From Nemertoderma westbladi (taxonomy: Eukaryota > Animalia > Xenacoelomorpha): a stretch of DNA of 42,773 nt. Every line of letters begins with the position of its first letter. The stretch's first letter is position 1. Positions 12,566 through 23,232 of the stretch are shown here, piece by piece. Under the pieces are notes generated by a model. It saw only the letters and a program-made list of their open reading frames with translations. It did no database searches and had not been told where the DNA came from. Made by a program: the position numbers and the translations under genes. The stretch covers positions 1 to 42,773 of the forward strand of contig JAUCBJ010004432.1 of assembly GCA_032718475.1 (NCBI GenBank), in the 5' to 3' direction.

Positions 12566-13502
12566 TTCAGAGTTTATGCGATTATTCGCAACATTCATTC
12601 CCCAAGTTTGTTCCTACAATAATTGTGTTTGTTATACATACCGCTATAGTTAAATTAACCCCGGTACTACACGGGCTGCTTGGCGTAGGTAAAGACTGGT
12701 GATTTTGTGCACCGGTCACTCCAGCAGATGCCGTGGTTCTTTTAGCTGTTCAAGTATATTTAACTACTGATTATATGTTGTACAAGTACTCGTACCTAAT
12801 TTAGGGTTTAGTGTACAGTGCTTTCCAAAAGTAATTAGTGTAGGCATTATATTGTGTCGTAAAGTGGTTGATAGGCACGTTCGATTAGCTCTATTAACTT
12901 CTAGGTAGGAACACTCCGTGATACATAACGTAGTACCTATAGCGATACGGCTATAGGTCGTCAGGCGGTGGTATTTTCCTATCTGGACAACGCAGTGTAT
13001 TTACTACTACGTATTATTTTCAAATACCGCAGTACCCTGTCCGTTGTAATAACCAGATTTCTAACCCTTTGTTAGGCTGGTTTGTAGACTTCTTGTAAAA
13101 TTACCCTGAAAATTCGTATTTTGTGTTTTTTGTAAATTTTTGTGTTTATTTAGAGATTGTAATCTCACCCGAATTGTACGTAATTTGTAGTATTAAGTAA
13201 CTTAGGTAAATTAGCATTATTTGTTTTAGTGTCCTATAAGTAACACTTCACTGAAAGCGCACCGCTTTGTGTAGTGATTACTCCCCAGAAATAATAACAT
13301 TTATTTCAACATTGACAAAACCCATTAAACGGGTATATATATATTATAAATCAACTCAAACGATTTATAAATAGTAGGCCTGCCATACAACAATTAGGTC
13401 TCAATATCAGTTGGACTACTGCTTAAATAACGGCAATAAAGTAAGTTAAGGTAACCAAGTAACCCTTAAAATTCAGAAATTCAGTTATTTAAAATAATTG
13501 AT

Positions 13503-13878
13503 ATACCGGTATTTACAATAGGCTTATTATATTTATTTCTATAAATTTTAGGTTGAAATCATACCGGTATTCTGTAATTAATTCTAGTTTGTAATTATAC
13601 TTATATATATACACTATAAGTGTAAACTGCATACCGGTATTTACGATAGGCCTATTATCTTTATTTCTATAAATTTAGGCTGAAATTATACCGGTACTTT
13701 ATAATTAATTCTAGTCCAGAATTATACTTATATATGCTACAAACTGTAAGCTGTATACCGGTGTTCCCGATAGGCCTATTATATATTTATATATATTTGT
13801 GCTAAAATTATACCGGTATTCTGTGATAAAACTAGTCTGTAATAATACTTATATATACTATAAGCATACCGGTATTCT
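13503..13878. repeat. Tandem repeat, ~125-bp unit x3 (two ATACCGGT-headed subunits each), in the putative BEL 5' leader
   Basis: ATACCGGT at ~13503, 13561, 13631, 13689, 13755, 13810 and 13866, with alternating conserved downstream sequence. Confidence 0.85.
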
Positions 13879-14010
13879 AATATATTATATATATCACGCT
13901 ACGCTGAGTAGCAGTATCGGTAATTAATTACTAGGCTAGCAGTTAATACTGAATTACTAGACTTGCTTAGACTGTAATATAGCAGTAGGCATCCAACTGT
14001 ACAAACAAAC

Positions 14011-17000
14011 ATGTCTGACACAAGGCAAACTCTGTCAGATAGTCTCCTAGAAACAACAGTCTGTTTATCAGATAGGAGTATAGAGAATCCCAGACCGAGG
14101 TATGAAACCCCTCCTACTGTAAGAAAGACAACCCCTACAGTAGCTGTGTCAGAACCTAGGTTAGTAGAAGCAATTTCGCAATTCGCGAAGTTAGTGAAGC
14201 GCCGTAGGTCTATCATCGGTACTCGGGCCCAAGTTAAGCGGGATCAAGAAGCAGCTGCCAAACAGCAGCAACCTCCTAGCCAAGAACCTAGTTCTCAGCG
14301 GCCCGAGAGCTCCAGTAGTTCGGGTGCTGTTGAGCGGACGCCCGAACGCGGAGCGAAGATGGCGGATACGGTTTATGATGAACGGCCAACCTATGAAGAA
14401 TCAACCGACGCCACTTCTTCTCAAGAAGAAAGCGAAGGGACAGCGGAGGGGCCGCGAAAGAGAGATGCCATTGACATCTATCTGTCAGACTATCAACGTT
14501 TTTTAGGTGATGACGAGTTGAGGAGAAGGTTAGAGGGACTTAGCCCTAATAGTGAAGGAACCAAGCTTGTGCTGGACGCAATCGATGCGGAAATGTTAGC
14601 TGCGAACCAAGCTAAATTTGATGAACAACTCCGCATCGCTAAGGTTCAAGAAGAACAAGTAAAGAAAAAACGTATAGAAGATAGAAAGACAGCAGCAGCG
14701 GCAGTGGCAGCGGCAGAAGCGGATAGAAAAGCGGCAGAGGCAGCGGCAGAGGCAAAAGCGGCAGCGGCAGAGGCAAAAGCGGCAGCTGCGGCCGAAGCGG
14801 AAAGAAAAATAGCAGTGGCAGAAGCAGAACGGAGGGCATCTGAAGAGACAACCCAACTAGAGTTGGAAAATCTTCAAGAGAGACAAGACAACTTTAATAA
14901 ACAGTTAACAGCTAGTAATATGCAGATGATGAATCGATCTACTCCCAAAAGACAAGGTTATACATCATCTGAGGAAGGCGATACCACCGATACTGAAGGC
15001 AAAGGAAATAGATCTCGTCTAAGCAGACGTAAAAGAACATTCCACCGTCAGAAATTGCCTGATTTGCCTCCAGCTGTTAGAAGGCAACTAAATAACACCA
15101 ACTTAGGTAGTACAGAACCCACAGACCAAATAATTAAAATAGAAAGACTCCCTACTATAGTAGATGAGCCTGAAATAATTAGGCCTGTTTTTGAAATCAC
15201 CCCTTCGGTGATAGACACACCTGTACTCCCTGAAGTTACCTCTAAATTCCCTCTGCACAGTACTAAGCTACCTGTGCCCAGTAGGACTGCCCAGGAGACA
15301 GTTCGGGTCCTGGACCCCGAGCGAAATATTCCTAATTTGTCGCCCGTTGTCCCTCGTCCGCCCGCTACAACGTTGGCGACTCCCGCTTCGGCGGTCGAAT
15401 GGGTGGACGAGAGACGGCGGGGGATGGATCTCCTGCTCGGGCAGATGCAGGAGACGGTTCAGCAATTCAAGGGCACAGTAAGGGAAAGTAGGCTAGAGTT
15501 GCAAGAAGTTCAGCAAAGTATCGCGCTCGAACGCGATAAATTAGTAAATACACAAAGAGGTATACCACCACCCTCAGTAACAATGTGTCAACCTGTTAGG
15601 TCTGAAGTATCTCATGCGCAAGGTGTGGAGCCTACACGCATATATACTGCTAGCGAAGTCGAAACTCCTATAGTGAACCCTATTAAGGGTAATTATATAC
15701 CTGTTGATAATGACATTCCCTATAGAGCTGATCATAATCCGAGAAATTTATATACCGATAACTCGATATTAAATAACACGATGGCCCAAGAAAGTTTTAC
15801 GCGTCAAATGGCTAGAACCGAAGCCCGGCAAGCGGTGAAGGTGGGAGAGATAGTCAAATTCAATGGAGATGAGATGAAATGGTTACCTTTTAATGAATAT
15901 TACAAAGATAACATACAGAACTCTGTACTGTCTAATGGAGAGAAACTTAGATTCCTCATCGAGTGCTTGGAAGGACCTCCCAAGTTAATGGCGTTAAGGT
16001 TTATTGGACATCCAGACGGATTAAGACAAGTTTGGGATACACTAAACATCAGGTATGGTAATAGGAATAACATAGCTGGGTATTTGTATGCAAAGTTGGT
16101 AGCGCCCCGAAAGTTTATTAGCAGCGGGATTATAGAGTTTTCCGATGAAATTCAGGAGATCTGCAGACAATTAGATTGGCTAGGTAAGTCTCATGAGTAT
16201 CAGAGTGCTATGGTTATTAGAGCAGTGGCTTCTACTTTACCGAAGGGTGGAGTAGGTACACGCTGGGACAAGAAAGTGTTATATATGATGGAACAACAAC
16301 GACGAGACCCTACCATGGCTGATCTCATGTCATTCTTAGATGGAGAAGTGAAATTACAGCTCCTAAGGCAGTCCGGAGAGAAGACACTGGAAAACAAGGT
16401 AAGTGAGAAACCTGTTTCTAGGAGAAGGGTAACACCAGTGTGTTATACAGACGACGGCGAAAGCCAGACTTCTCAAGGAGAGGATAGCGGGAAAGACACT
16501 GAAAGATCTTATGTCAATAAAACGCCTAAAGATCAGGTAAGTAAATCCAAGTCTCGACCCAATGACGGAAGGGAACCGGTACAAAAAACCCCTCCTACGT
16601 CTCCTAAAAGAATTCAGGTGAGAAAGCCCGAGGAAAGAACAAGTGTGCACCACATAGCACAGGTTAAAGTAAGTAACATCAAGCCGAAATGTGTGCTGTG
16701 CGACGGGCCCCACCGTTTAAATGCGTGTGATAAATTCCTGAGGAAATCACTAAAGGATAGACGTGAAGTCATGTGGGATAAGCGGTTGTGTTATAATTGC
16801 CTCAGACGAGGACACCAACGGCGAACCTGTTACTCCGACGCAAGGTGTGCAAAGTGCGGCGCAAAACATCATATCTTGTTGCACACGGAATTCGAACGAA
16901 ACAGCCCGAGTCAGGTAAGTGAGTCCGAACTACATGTCCAATTCAGTGATGTGAACGACACTGATCAATCTGAGATGGAAGGATTCTATACGGACGAGTT

Positions 17001-17298
17001 CTCCGACGAAAACGAATCCTGTTACTTAATAAACACCACCGCAGTGTATCGAGCACTCATGTATGAGAAAGACACAGACAGCGACCTCACCCTAACTACT
17101 TCAGATCAACAACCATCTTGGAAAGCGCCAACTTCCAACATAGGAATCCGAGAATTTCCTGTAGTCCAGTTACGGGTCCACGGACCTCAGAAGAGCTATA
17201 TAGTGAACGCCCTCCTGGACTTCGGTAGCACAGGAACATTCATCGATAAAGAACTAGCCGAAGTCATCTTTCTGTCAAATCATCAAGTCATCAAATAA
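14011..17298 (+). mobile_element. BEL/Pao LTR retrotransposon gag plus start of aspartic protease, truncated at ~17270
   Basis: DUF1759-like core (KFNGDEMKWLPF...LSNGEKLRFLIECLEG), three tandem knuckles CVLCDGPH..C, CYNCLRRGH....C and CAKCGAKHHILLH typical of BEL/Pao, then protease VNALLDFGS. The ORF ends at a junction with an inverted LTR fragment. Confidence 0.92.
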
Positions 17299-18976
17299 TT
17301 TCTACCTAAAATAATGTATAGTGCGCTATAGCTAGTAGAACTCTAAGGGCAATATGTTTTAGGGCGTGTGTGTGTGGGTGTGTTACAAATAAAACAATTT
17401 CGTGTATTTCCTTTTACTAGGTTTTAGTGATTTTCTGACCGAAATGATACCGTGCGCTAGCTACTAAAATAAACTAGTCGCGTTTTGTAGAACTTTATAC
17501 TCACAAATGACGTCAAAGCTCTCTCCTTCCTATCCACAACCCAATGGGCAACCACGGTGTTAGTAACTACACCCGTGATCGGCACAAACACCAGATTCTG
17601 GTTGTAAGATAAGAAATAGGGGTTAATCGCTACCGTACGTTAGCTGATCTGGTATACTAATTTAATTCTAGAACTTTGTTGCCGCGGTAGTTAGCAGCAA
17701 TACCTATCAGTACGTGGCAAGGCGCGGTAGGATATTAATAAACCTCCCTAGGCCAAGCAGTGTGCCGGTAGCAGAAATACTCCTTGCCTGATCAAATAGC
17801 TAACTCCAGACAGGGGGGGGGGGGGGGGGGTACTAATGTACGTTCTACAAAGCGAACCGGTACCAAACAGTCAGTACTACAAATCACTAAATTATGGAAC
17901 ATATGCTGTCCATACCTATGTACTCGCGTACTGACGAATGGCAATAGTTCGCACCTGTAGGAAGTACAGGTTAACCCAGGGGTTCGTAGGACTGACAAAG
18001 GGGGGGGGGGGGGGGTGTTTCTGTCTGAATATAATTATTTGATCCTAAATTTGCGGCGTCCAGGACGGCGTAACGCTTACCCTGATCTATAGGTCTTACG
18101 GCGGGCAAGGGCGTTGAACAAAGTCTTACCTTTCTCACAAAGCGGGCGCTGCATGGCAAGTGGAGTATTTCGAAGGGCAAAGGGGGTGCGCGGTCAATCC
18201 AATGTGGGCGCTAGCGTGTTGTGGACATCTTTTCCCTGCGTTGCTGACGGCCTAACGGTCTAGGCTGTCATCTTCCCGATGTTTGGCTGTCTCAAAGTTG
18301 GACCAAAAGAAAACATGTTCAGGAATTTGCAGTATATTTACAGTTTTACAAAGGATTTATCAAATAAAGTTTCAACAAGAAACCGAATAAACTAATTTTA
18401 CAAGAATGAGTTAATAATAACGTGATAACGTTCTAAGAAGTAAGGTGGTAACCGAAGGCAAACCGGCCTTTTTATACTAAATATCGCACATGGAAACCAA
18501 ACAGAATTTTCCACAGCTTCACATTTGAGCAATAAAGTGCTTTGTGCCCTATGATTGGCCCAGCTCATCGTTCAACGCAATCCGGCCCTTACACTAATCT
18601 GGGACATGGAATCCTAACAGAATTTTCCACTGCCTCACATTTGAGCAATAAGATAATTTATGCCCTATGATTGGCCTGGCTCATCATTCGCTACGTTGTA
18701 CGCTTCTCATTGGTCCACCAATTAGCACCAAACGAAAATAAATGGCCCCAAAATACAAATTTCCCGACCGGGATTCGAACTCGTAACCTATCTGTAATGT
18801 AACCAACGCCTTAACCATCTGACCACTACGCCACGAGAGTACCTAGGGGTTTTACGTGTACAATATGAATAGGCAATATTACATTACTATAACTTACTCA
18901 AAATACGTCGGATTTTTGAAAGTTTTTACGTTAAAGTTAAACTACAAATGCTACCTTATAGTGAAATAATTCATCA
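17295..18976 (-). mobile_element. 5' portion of a long LTR-like element (family B)
   Basis: On the minus strand it starts TG at 18976, preceded by ACTAT (18977-18981), and has a TATAAAAA box. 17295-18522 is near-identical to the reverse complement of 34130-35372. Confidence 0.7.
18763..18832 (-). other. tRNA-derived (SINE-head-like) sequence with Pol III A/B boxes; not a functional tRNA
   Basis: Minus strand GGCGTAGTGGTCAGATGGTTAAGGCG...GAGTTCGAATCCCGGTCGGG; acceptor and anticodon stems do not pair well. Confidence 0.65.
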
Positions 18977-18981
18977 ATAGT

Positions 18982-18997
18982 AGTCCTTGATAGCTAC
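18982..18997 (-). mobile_element. Displaced outer 8 bp of a P-like transposon TIR (CAAGGACT) plus its 8-bp TSD (GTAGCTAT)
   Basis: The reverse complement of 18977-18997 is GTAGCTAT-CAAGGACT-ACTAT, matching the TIR end and flank at 39573-39593 (ATAGT-AGTCCTTG-GTAGCTAT). Confidence 0.75.
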
Positions 18998-19158
18998 ATA
19001 ATAAGCTTAATTAGCCATATTAATAATTATAATTGACTCGCATATTAAATTTTATCGCTATTTTAGCTTCTGTGTCAGCTTCCCATTTTATGTTGTTTTT
19101 ATTTATTTTACTTAATAAAGCCACCGGGGCGAACAAAACCGGATGAATGAATGAATGA

Positions 19159-19646
19159 ATAGTGTCGTAATTCAGTGACACGGCCCCTCCCCCTAATAGT
19201 ATAATTAAAGATTTATTGCATTGTTGCCCAGCTACGTATGGAATAAACAAAATGTTCTAGAACATTGTGTATTTATTAAATAGAATAAATTGCCTGCGAG
19301 GGAAGCAAATACATGCAACATTCGAATGCCCATATCTCAGCTATTTCCCAACCGAATTCAAATGTTTTTACATAATATTTGGAATCCTTGCATGGGCAGC
19401 TTTCTATTGGTACCATCAAATCACTATAAGGTTGAAGAATGATTGCACTGTGACCTGTGAAATATCACCGGAGACACATTTTTCAAACACTTGTAGCTAA
19501 AGATTGAAAGCAAAAATTAAAATTCTGGCGGCTTACCCACGGAGGAGGAGGGAGGTGAAACTATCTCTGTTTGAAATTTCATGCAATATCATTAAGATTT
19601 GTAGAAAAATTTGGGCGGGGGCCAGGTACCTGAATAACGACACTAT
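19159..19646. mobile_element. MITE with TIR ATAGTGTCGT(A/T)ATTCAG
   Basis: Left ATAGTGTCGTAATTCAGTGACACGGCCCC, right GGGGCCAGGTACCTGAATAACGACACTAT. The internal part recurs at 39594-40099. Confidence 0.8.
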
Positions 19647-19849
19647 ATTCCAGGACATGGTGTATTGACTGGGACTGCCTTAATTACCATAGTACTATAA
19701 GTTCTAGAATAACGCTATCTATATAATTAACATGTAGAATTACTCTCAGCAATCGTAATGTACCGTTCCTTACTACTACTAGGATCGGCATGCTGCATTG
19801 CAGCCTCATTTTTAAGAATGCAAAATTTAAAATTAATAATACAATTTAA

Positions 19850-20318
19850 AATTGCGCCGCCACAACTCCCTATCACCCATGACATTTGCTAGATCGTCCG
19901 CATCTTCAAGGCCAGTTTCCTTTCAGATGCGTCTCAAGAAAGTCATGGGCTGTCCACCATGCTTATTCACTCCATGAGGCTGCCAAAGTACAAGATTATG
20001 AACTGGCTGGTTCTCGCGGCGAAAGCAATGTCCTGCAAAGCGGAGGCGACTTTGTTCTAGTTTCAAGCTTGGGGGAGCCAATGAGACACCTCCAATGTTA
20101 TATAGTGTCTGGTTGGAGATGTGTGCATTGTACTTGACACAATGAACCCGGCGTAGCATTCTTCTGAATGTGACATCCAGAGATTTGGTGTCCTCAGCAG
20201 TTAGAACCCAGCATGGACTCCCATAGAGGAGTACTGGAACTACTGCTGTTCTAAATAATCGGACCTTAAGTTTCCGATCAATTCTATGTGACGTCCAAAT
20301 CCTGGAAAGCCTATTCAT
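19850..20318 (-). mobile_element. RTE-clade non-LTR retrotransposon 3' fragment (post-RT region)
   Basis: KVRLFRTAVVPVLLYGSPCW...FRRMLRR...HISNQTLY...RLRFAGHCFR...LVLWQP, the characteristic RTE C-terminal motifs. Confidence 0.88.
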
Positions 20319-20723
20319 ACACCGTTCCTTACTATTGTTGTGAAATTGATTTAAATTACTTTACTAATAAAACTGTACATAAACTGATTGATTATTCAGT
20401 GTAATATACGAGGCCTATTACATTGAATATCGACTACACCTAAAGTACCATACCGGTGCCAAACGATGTCATACGACTAACCTGTCTGTATGTACACTAC
20501 TATATGGTAAGAATTAATGAGTTACATTATGATGGAGAAACTCACATTTCCCTACTGTTTAACGAATAAATCGATAGGCGTCGTTAAAATAAAATTCAAC
20601 GGTAGATGGGCGGGATACGCATTCCCACTGCGATAGGGCGTGAATTAGATAAAAAATAACATCTGTCAGATTCGCTCTGAAGGTAGGCTACTTATTTATT
20701 TATTAAATTATAGCCGTAGATAG

Positions 20724-21086
20724 GGCATTGGTACACCTTGGGTACCCAAAGAACTAGATTTTTTATACTAGCTAGTTTCTGCAATTTTTTTTTATAAATG
20801 TAAGGCCTATAGAAGATGTGCTAGCTATCAATTTTGATAAATATTTTTGTTCTAAACAAAAAAACTAATGATAATAGCCATTTTCACAAGAAAAAATTAT
20901 AAAAAATTTTCCAATTTAACTTTTTTCACTAGCTAAAAAAAGTACTTGCTAACACGAAATCAAAATGAAGAAGCATCAAGAATGCAGAAGGTCAAAAATT
21001 TGTTATAGAAAAAAACCTGATGATAAAAGCCTTTTACATATGAAAAAAATTGGTCAAACCATGGGTACCCAAGGTGTACCAATGCC
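20724..21086. mobile_element. MITE-like element with 25-bp perfect inverted repeats
   Basis: GGCATTGGTACACCTTGGGTACCCA (20724-20748) and its reverse complement (21062-21086) flank an AT-rich core. Confidence 0.75.
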
Positions 21087-22446
21087 TCAGATAGTGGTCT
21101 GGTACAGGTACAGGTAATGCCCTACTATGGTACCTCCCTACTCATTATTTATTAATGAATGTTATGTTATATTTTTTAAATAATTACCTAATTAAAATAC
21201 GCTAACAATACAATTACACAGAAACCAATACACACCCTGGAATATAGTGTGTTTATACATGTACCACCAACAAGTTTTTCAAATGCTTATAGTTGATTGA
21301 AAGCTAAAATAATAATTCTGGCTCACCCAATCAGTCGGTACCGTAGTTTCAGACTTTTCATAAAAACCGAAATAAGTCGGTCAATCACAGATGAAATTAA
21401 AGCAAACATTGTACGTATGCAGTCTCGTGCTGCGCGAAGGCCCCACGAACGTGTAACTGTATGTATAATTGTACAATGTACAATATAGGAGAGAAAAAAC
21501 CCATGAGAAAAAACCCATGAGAAAAAACACATGCTCCAAAAAATCGGACAAAATAACTTCTCACTCTTCATGTTTCTTTCCATAGAAAACTTGGCTTTTT
21601 ACATAGCAATAAGCGACAAATTTTGTGGAAACAAACTTTATTCATGGACTTTAGATTTAGAATATCAATTATTTATACTAGACTCGAAACTGTATTTAAT
21701 CGAAAATATTAACAGTGATTTATTTTAAGATTCATCAGATCTAAACTGCTACCGGTACCATTTGAGTTTGTCTGAATGGATTTTAATATTTTTTAATATT
21801 TTTTAATAATTTTTTGTCATGTCATAAACTATTATTAATTATTTTCACATTAATTATTTTAACAAAAACAAAAATCCCAACTTAATTTGTGAAAAATATA
21901 CTTTAACATTACTTGAAAATTATTAATTTTCCTTGCGGAAATTAATTGTATAATTTTTGCATCAGTTACATTAATTAATGGGGAGATGGTAATTTTGTAC
22001 ATTTTATTGCTTTTCTATTGAATAACAAGCTTATTGCTTAATTAATTAAATTATTCTGAACATCACTATTGCCCTCATCCTCATTCTCCCTTACTCTACA
22101 ATAGTTTAGTTCGGATTGCCTTTTGCCAATTTCATTAGAATTTCCATTAATAAATATAATATGCTTCAATACAAAACTTTTTATGGTGCATGTGATTATT
22201 GTCATCTCTCTATATATATATATATATGCATTTTTACTCATAAAAAATGTTAGCAGTTTTGTCGCTTTTTTTACTTTACGGCTTATTCCATTTTTACTTG
22301 ACAATAAAATAAAGTAGTTTTTTCTCATCGCATCACTTTAATTCACGTCATATTATCGCAGTGGGGATATATCCAAAGCTAAAGGTCAGGAAGTAGAGGA
22401 ACCAATAGAAAGTTGGATTTACACCAATAATATCCCCTTCCGTATC

Positions 22447-23232
22447 ATGTACAACTTATCACTATGTCCATGGTCATCTTACACGAAATATATTGGCGCC
22501 ATAACAACAGAAAAAGTTGGATCTTCCTATGGTCCAAGCACTATCTTGAGGGGAGAGATTCGAGTCCGAGAACTAAACGAAATCAGTTCATCGACAGATA
22601 TTTGTAATGAAACTTTTCGTGATGGAATTTTCCGAGTGAAATTTGAAAATGTGGATGACAGTGTCTTCTTTAGTAAGAAAGTGTATTTCCTAAGTCTCTA
22701 CCGGATTTACCTTCAACACAAAGTGTTTGTGTTGCCAGAAATTCCCTCTGCTATAAAACTTGTTGATAGGTGTAAGAAAATTATTGGAAACCTTAAAAAT
22801 TGTATTAAAGTTAGAATGAGAAAAAATACGCGGAAGTGGATCAAAGTATTAATGAAGGATATTAAAAGACAAAGAGGGAGATTTAACAAAGTAATTAACG
22901 ATATTGAGGTTTGTAATGATTCGAAAGAGCAGGCAGGTTGGGGATACAATGTAATTAAACAATTTGATCTGGAGAAACAACATCAGCTAGACATTATGCT
23001 TGTATTCATGGTAAGCAACACAGCGGGGATTTATAACGACATTAGAAATAATATCATAGCAAAAAAAGGTAGTCAACATAATATAAAGTGGAATACAGAA
23101 AGGAAACATTGGGAAGAAATGGCAAAAAAATACTTTGAAAAAATCAAAGTGAAAAATAAGACCAAAATTTATGCTCTATTCCTAGTGCAATTTCTGAAAG
23201 GATTATTGAGGCAAGAAGGATTAATAGAATGA
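22447..23232 (+). CDS. Unidentified 261-aa basic ORF (frame open from ~22342)
   Basis: ~890-bp stop-free frame in AT-rich DNA with protein-like composition; no motif recognised. Confidence 0.45.
   Translation: MYNLSLCPWSSYTKYIGAITTEKVGSSYGPSTILRGEIRVRELNEISSSTDICNETFRDGIFRVKFENVDDSVFFSKKVYFLSLYRIYLQHKVFVLPEIPSAIKLVDRCKKIIGNLKNCIKVRMRKNTRKWIKVLMKDIKRQRGRFNKVINDIEVCNDSKEQAGWGYNVIKQFDLEKQHQLDIMLVFMVSNTAGIYNDIRNNIIAKKGSQHNIKWNTERKHWEEMAKKYFEKIKVKNKTKIYALFLVQFLKGLLRQEGLIE

Noticed and set aside
10483-13300. Defined 5' LTR and PBS of the BEL element
   Set aside because: Composition is LTR-like, but there is no second copy, clear terminus or PBS to set boundaries.
14596-14856. Cys-rich and Leu/Pro-rich antisense ORFs
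   Set aside because: Shadow frames of the GCA/GCG-rich gag repeat.
17792-18180. Short ORFs duplicated at 34472-34883 as a two-copy gene
   Set aside because: They are incidental frames in the duplicated LTR sequence; the poly-Pro/Gly stretches come from G/C homopolymers.
18763-18832. Functional tRNA gene
   Set aside because: A/B boxes are present, but acceptor and anticodon stems do not form and it is embedded in a repeat.
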